Sequence record: SRR22947727_2846
Direction: 5' to 3' (one strand)
DNA length: 64,000 nt
This document shows, in pieces, positions 60,766 through 64,000 of the stretch. The notes beneath the pieces were generated by a model. The model saw only the letters and a list, made by a program, of their open reading frames with translations, was not told the origin of the DNA and made no database searches. Numbering within the stretch: the stretch's first letter is position 1; every line of letters starts with the position of its first letter. The position numbers were made by a program, and so were the translations under genes.

Positions 60766-61986
60766 ATGGATTCAGGCCAGTTAGCCTGGGGAATCACAGC
60801 CACCGCTTTGGTGCTGCTGATGACCCCCGGCGTCGCTTTCTTCTACGGCGGCCTCGTCAAAGCGAAGAGCGTCGTCAGCATGATGATGATGAGCTTTGGC
60901 TCACTCGCCCTCGTCGGCGTTCTCTGGGTGCTTTACGGCTACAGCATGTCCGCTGTGGACAGCCCACTTCAGTTCGCCGGTAACCCTCTCGCCGCCTTCA
61001 GCCTTGAAGGGCTGGGTAACGAAGATCTCCTCGGAGCAGCTTTTGGTGCCACCTTTGCCATCATCACCGTAGCTCTGATTTCGGGTTCGATCGCAGACCG
61101 TGCTCGCTTTGGACCGTGGATGGTCTTCGCGGGTGTGTGGGCGACTCTCGTTTATTTCCCCGTCGCAGCCTGGGTCTGGGGCGGCGGTTGGATCCTTGAG
61201 CTTGGCGAACTGATGGGTGGCCTGCCCGGTGTCATTGACTATGCCGGTGGAACTGCCGTTCACATCAACGCAGGTGCTGCTGCACTTGCTCTCGCGATCG
61301 TGCTTGGCCGACGTGTTGTCTTCCAGAAGGGCGCTCACAAACCCCACAACGTTCCCTTGGTCCTCCTCGGTGCAGCCCTGCTGTGGTTCGGATGGTTTGG
61401 GTTCAACGCGGGTGCAGAGTTCCTCGCGGAGGGAATGCCCGGTGTCGGCCTGATCGTCGTCAACACCCTCGGCGCCACCGCAGCCGCGATTCTCGGCTGG
61501 ATGGTCGTTGAGAAGCTCAAGGATGGCAAGGCCACCGCTGTCGGCGCTGCTTCCGGTGCTGTGTCTGGTCTGGTTGCTATCACCCCAGCCTGTGCGAACC
61601 TGACTCCCGGATTCGCGTTGCTGCTCGGTGTTATCGCCGGCGCTGTGTCCGCGTTCGCCGTCGATCTGAAGTTCAAGCTCGGTTACGACGACTCCCTGGA
61701 CGTTGTCGGAATCCACCTTGTCGCCGGCATGATCGGAACTCTCTACCTCGGGTTCTTCGCCATCGACACGGGACTGTTCACCGGTGGTGACTTCGGCCAG
61801 CTCACGGTTCAGGCCATCGCTGCCTTCGCAGTGCTCCTGTACTCCTTCGTGGTCGCTCTGCTTCTTGGTTTCGCGATCGAGAAGACCATGGGCTTCCGCA
61901 TCACGAGTGAGGATGAGGTCGCAGGTATCGACAACATCGTCCACGGTGAAGAGGGTTACCAGCTCGAGGAGGACGCTCGCGTCTAA
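60766..61986 (+). CDS. amtB: ammonium transporter
   Basis: LMTPGVAFFYGGL, DYAGGTAVH, LLWFGWFGFN, GLVAITP and DDSLDVVGIH motifs; GGGAG RBS. Confidence 0.97.
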   Translation: MDSGQLAWGITATALVLLMTPGVAFFYGGLVKAKSVVSMMMMSFGSLALVGVLWVLYGYSMSAVDSPLQFAGNPLAAFSLEGLGNEDLLGAAFGATFAIITVALISGSIADRARFGPWMVFAGVWATLVYFPVAAWVWGGGWILELGELMGGLPGVIDYAGGTAVHINAGAAALALAIVLGRRVVFQKGAHKPHNVPLVLLGAALLWFGWFGFNAGAEFLAEGMPGVGLIVVNTLGATAAAILGWMVVEKLKDGKATAVGAASGAVSGLVAITPACANLTPGFALLLGVIAGAVSAFAVDLKFKLGYDDSLDVVGIHLVAGMIGTLYLGFFAIDTGLFTGGDFGQLTVQAIAAFAVLLYSFVVALLLGFAIEKTMGFRITSEDEVAGIDNIVHGEEGYQLEEDARV

Positions 61987-62000
61987 CTCAAATCACTCCG

Positions 62001-62032
62001 GAACGGGGTCAGTCTTCGGACTGGCCCCGTTC
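62001..62032 (+). terminator. intrinsic terminator hairpin after amt
   Basis: GAACGGGGTCAGTC-TTCG-GACTGGCCCCGTTC forms a 14-bp stem with a cUUCGg tetraloop. Confidence 0.85.
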
Positions 62033-62073
62033 TCGTGTCCGGCGGGGGCGTTGTCCGGGTCTATATTTGCGAG

Positions 62074-62709
62074 GTGCCTTCTAGCTCGACGCTAGCGTCG
62101 TTTCTTCTGCTCTCCCTCGTGGTGATTGTTGTTCCCGGACCGAGCGTTGTTTTTGTGATTGGTCGAGCAATGATTCTCGGAACCAAAGGAGCGATTCAGA
62201 GCGTCCTAGGAAATGCTGCCGGGGTCGGTGTGCAGATTGTGGGGGTTTCACTGGGAGTGGGGGTTCTTATCGCCTCATCCCCGGTCATTTTCGGCATCGT
62301 GAAGATCGTCGGATCGCTTTTCCTCGTGTATCTCGGAATCGATGGCATCCGGCACCGCAAAGACCTGCGGCTTGAACTCACCAGTGCGGCAACCGTCAGT
62401 ACCCGGAAAACGCTGGTGGACAGCTCCATCGTGGGTATTACCAATGCGAAGACTCTGGTGTTCTTCATCGCCACACTTCCGCTTTTTGTGGAGCAGGAAG
62501 GATTTGCACCACCAGTGCAAATGCTCATTCTGGGAGGCCTGTTCTTCGTTATCGGAATCGCGAGCGACATGGTGTGGGCGGTGGCGGCGGGTGGTGCTCG
62601 CGCGAGGCTCCTGGCATCACCGCGTGGTCTCGAATGGGTCCGCCTGGCGGGGGGAGTAGCTTTGGCCCTCTTGGGCCTCTATCTGGGGTACTACTCCCTG
62701 ACGTCCTAG
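62074..62709 (+). CDS. LysE/RhtB family amino-acid exporter
   Basis: PGPS, LVYLGI and NAKTLVFF motifs; multiple TM segments; GTG start 6 nt after TATATT. Confidence 0.9.
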   Translation: MPSSSTLASFLLLSLVVIVVPGPSVVFVIGRAMILGTKGAIQSVLGNAAGVGVQIVGVSLGVGVLIASSPVIFGIVKIVGSLFLVYLGIDGIRHRKDLRLELTSAATVSTRKTLVDSSIVGITNAKTLVFFIATLPLFVEQEGFAPPVQMLILGGLFFVIGIASDMVWAVAAGGARARLLASPRGLEWVRLAGGVALALLGLYLGYYSLTS

Positions 62710-63770
62710 TTTCCGCGTTCCGCCCGATCCACCTGAGCCCAGCTGTGGAAGGACACCGAGCAGTAATCCGGGATGAGGTCAGACGCCCCGAGTCCTGTTT
62801 TCTGGATATCCCGCAAGAACTGCGTCAGGTGAGGGGAGAAAAGGTTTCCAAAGGACCCGAAGGCCACGCGCTCGGGGAAATGGTGGACAAGATAGCTGCC
62901 GTAGGCCTCATAGTCACTTAAATCGCGTCCGATGGGGTCGGTGGACGCCTTCCACCATTCCAACAGCGATTCTGACCCTTTCGGGAACATCTGCCTCACT
63001 ACATCGCGTTGCATGAGCTGGTGATGGGTGACGTAGCTCAGCCGCAGTTTCTTCGGCACCCCAAAAAAACTCTTCACGTGCCGCATGAAATCCGAGTGAT
63101 ACTCATTGGCCACTTGAAGAAGTTGAACTCGATCCTTAGCGAACCAGGTCTTTTCCGTGAGGAGGATGGTGTCGGAATCCAGTATCAAGCTCGCTTCAGA
63201 CTCCGACTGCATGGCGGCGGACAGCTTGATGAGTTGTTGGGTCACCCAGCCGGCGTTTCTGTCACCGCGCCCAAACCTCAGGTTCAGTTCTTCGAGCAGG
63301 GGAGCTCCAAGAATGTCTTGGTCATAGAGCACCACGGCGTCAGGATTCGCTGCGAGAAGGCCCTGGAGCTGCTCCGCAGATCCCTCTCGAGCAAATCGCG
63401 GTCCGGTCTCGGTCGCATCTTTGGGAGTGATGAGAACTACTCGCGCCAAAGGGTTTCGAACGTTTCGCTTGGCATACTCCAACACCAGGGGAAGGGCTTC
63501 CAGGTCCTTTTCCACAAAAGGAATAACGAGCTCGATGGCAGGCAGGTTGCGAGAGCGGCGAAGCGGGTCGATCGGCTGACAGAGAGAAATCAGGGCGCGT
63601 GCCTCGAGAGGAAGATACTTTTTCCTCACCACAGAGCTGAGGTAGTCGGCACTTCTTCCGAGAAGCCCAAGGGCTCGGGAGTTTGTGAGCCGCAGAATTC
63701 GGCGGATTTGATTCAGAGCATTTTCGCGTCCGGTCGAGAAAGGCCTTGCAGAGTAAGGAGAAGACGGCAT
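62706..63770 (-). CDS. putative glycosyltransferase-like protein (DUF6492-like)
   Basis: IPFVEKD, GWVTQQLIKL, LDSD (DxD), SYVTHHQLM and SDYEAYG motifs; start uncertain. Confidence 0.65.
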   Translation of the reverse strand: MPSSPYSARPFSTGRENALNQIRRILRLTNSRALGLLGRSADYLSSVVRKKYLPLEARALISLCQPIDPLRRSRNLPAIELVIPFVEKDLEALPLVLEYAKRNVRNPLARVVLITPKDATETGPRFAREGSAEQLQGLLAANPDAVVLYDQDILGAPLLEELNLRFGRGDRNAGWVTQQLIKLSAAMQSESEASLILDSDTILLTEKTWFAKDRVQLLQVANEYHSDFMRHVKSFFGVPKKLRLSYVTHHQLMQRDVVRQMFPKGSESLLEWWKASTDPIGRDLSDYEAYGSYLVHHFPERVAFGSFGNLFSPHLTQFLRDIQKTGLGASDLIPDYCSVSFHSWAQVDRAERGN

Positions 63771-63867
63771 GGCTGAATCTGAGTTTCCATCTTTAGGGGA
63801 CGAGTCTCCGTGCCCGGGACCCTCCGCGGATAGTCTTTGGTGGGTAAGCCTATAAGAAGGGGGAGCA

Positions 63868-64000
63868 ATGGCCGAGAACAGACCTCTTGCTGTTTTCGCA
63901 CGAGGCGGAGCCATGTTCTCCAACCTGTGGGCTGTGGTCGGTTTTCTTGAATGGGCGGAAAAGAATGACCGCACACCAGTCGTGAGCTTCACGAACGCGA
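63868..64000 (+). CDS. N-terminus of a gene cut by the window edge, possibly a fucosyltransferase-like glycosyltransferase
   Basis: purine-rich GGGGGAG close upstream; open frame MAENRPLAVFARGGAMFSNLWAVVGFLEWAEKNDRTPVVSFTNA; not in the ORF track. Confidence 0.5.
   Translation, partial: MAENRPLAVFARGGAMFSNLWAVVGFLEWAEKNDRTPVVSFTNA

Noticed and set aside
12694-61944. Numerous 200-350 aa antisense ORFs opposite hflX, glnA2, acnA, dxs and amt
   Set aside because: Expected shadow ORFs in high-GC coding DNA; no recognisable domains.
1-64000. Mobile elements, prophage, defence systems, tRNA/rRNA, riboswitches
   Set aside because: None recognised by eye, and intergenic gaps are almost all under about 200 bp; an Infernal/Rfam and tRNAscan run would be needed to exclude small RNAs.

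Overview
This window is a gene-dense, roughly 60% GC (by eye) stretch of core chromosome from an actinobacterium. Gene content and order point to Microbacteriaceae, probably a streamlined aquatic lineage (inference). It contains miaB-miaA-dapF; an ~9 kb accessory block (gabD-like, glpD-like, polyamine-type ABC transporter, an orphan Cys-containing mini-protein, tocopherol-cyclase-like gene); hflX; ppgK/map/panB/nadE; the glnA2-glnE-glnA1 nitrogen locus; sucB/lpdA/pepA; sigA-murT-gatD; two racemase-like genes; parE/parC; sepH; dut; acnA; dxs; fadB/fadA; rnd; sufE/sseA; zapE; nhaA; amt; lysE; and the probable edge of a glycosyltransferase region. I recognised no rRNA, tRNA, CRISPR array or mobile element. 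The best candidate for an undescribed system is 32525-36222. There a MurT ligase is paired with a GatD that has lost its catalytic Cys and His. Convergent with it are two alanine-racemase paralogs with reciprocal, complementary losses: one keeps the PLP Lys barrel, the other keeps the catalytic Tyr domain. Hypothesis: a heterodimeric racemase makes a D-diamino acid, and the repurposed MurT/GatD attaches the bridge residue to the D-Glu alpha-carboxyl, building the group B peptidoglycan cross-bridge typical of Microbacteriaceae.
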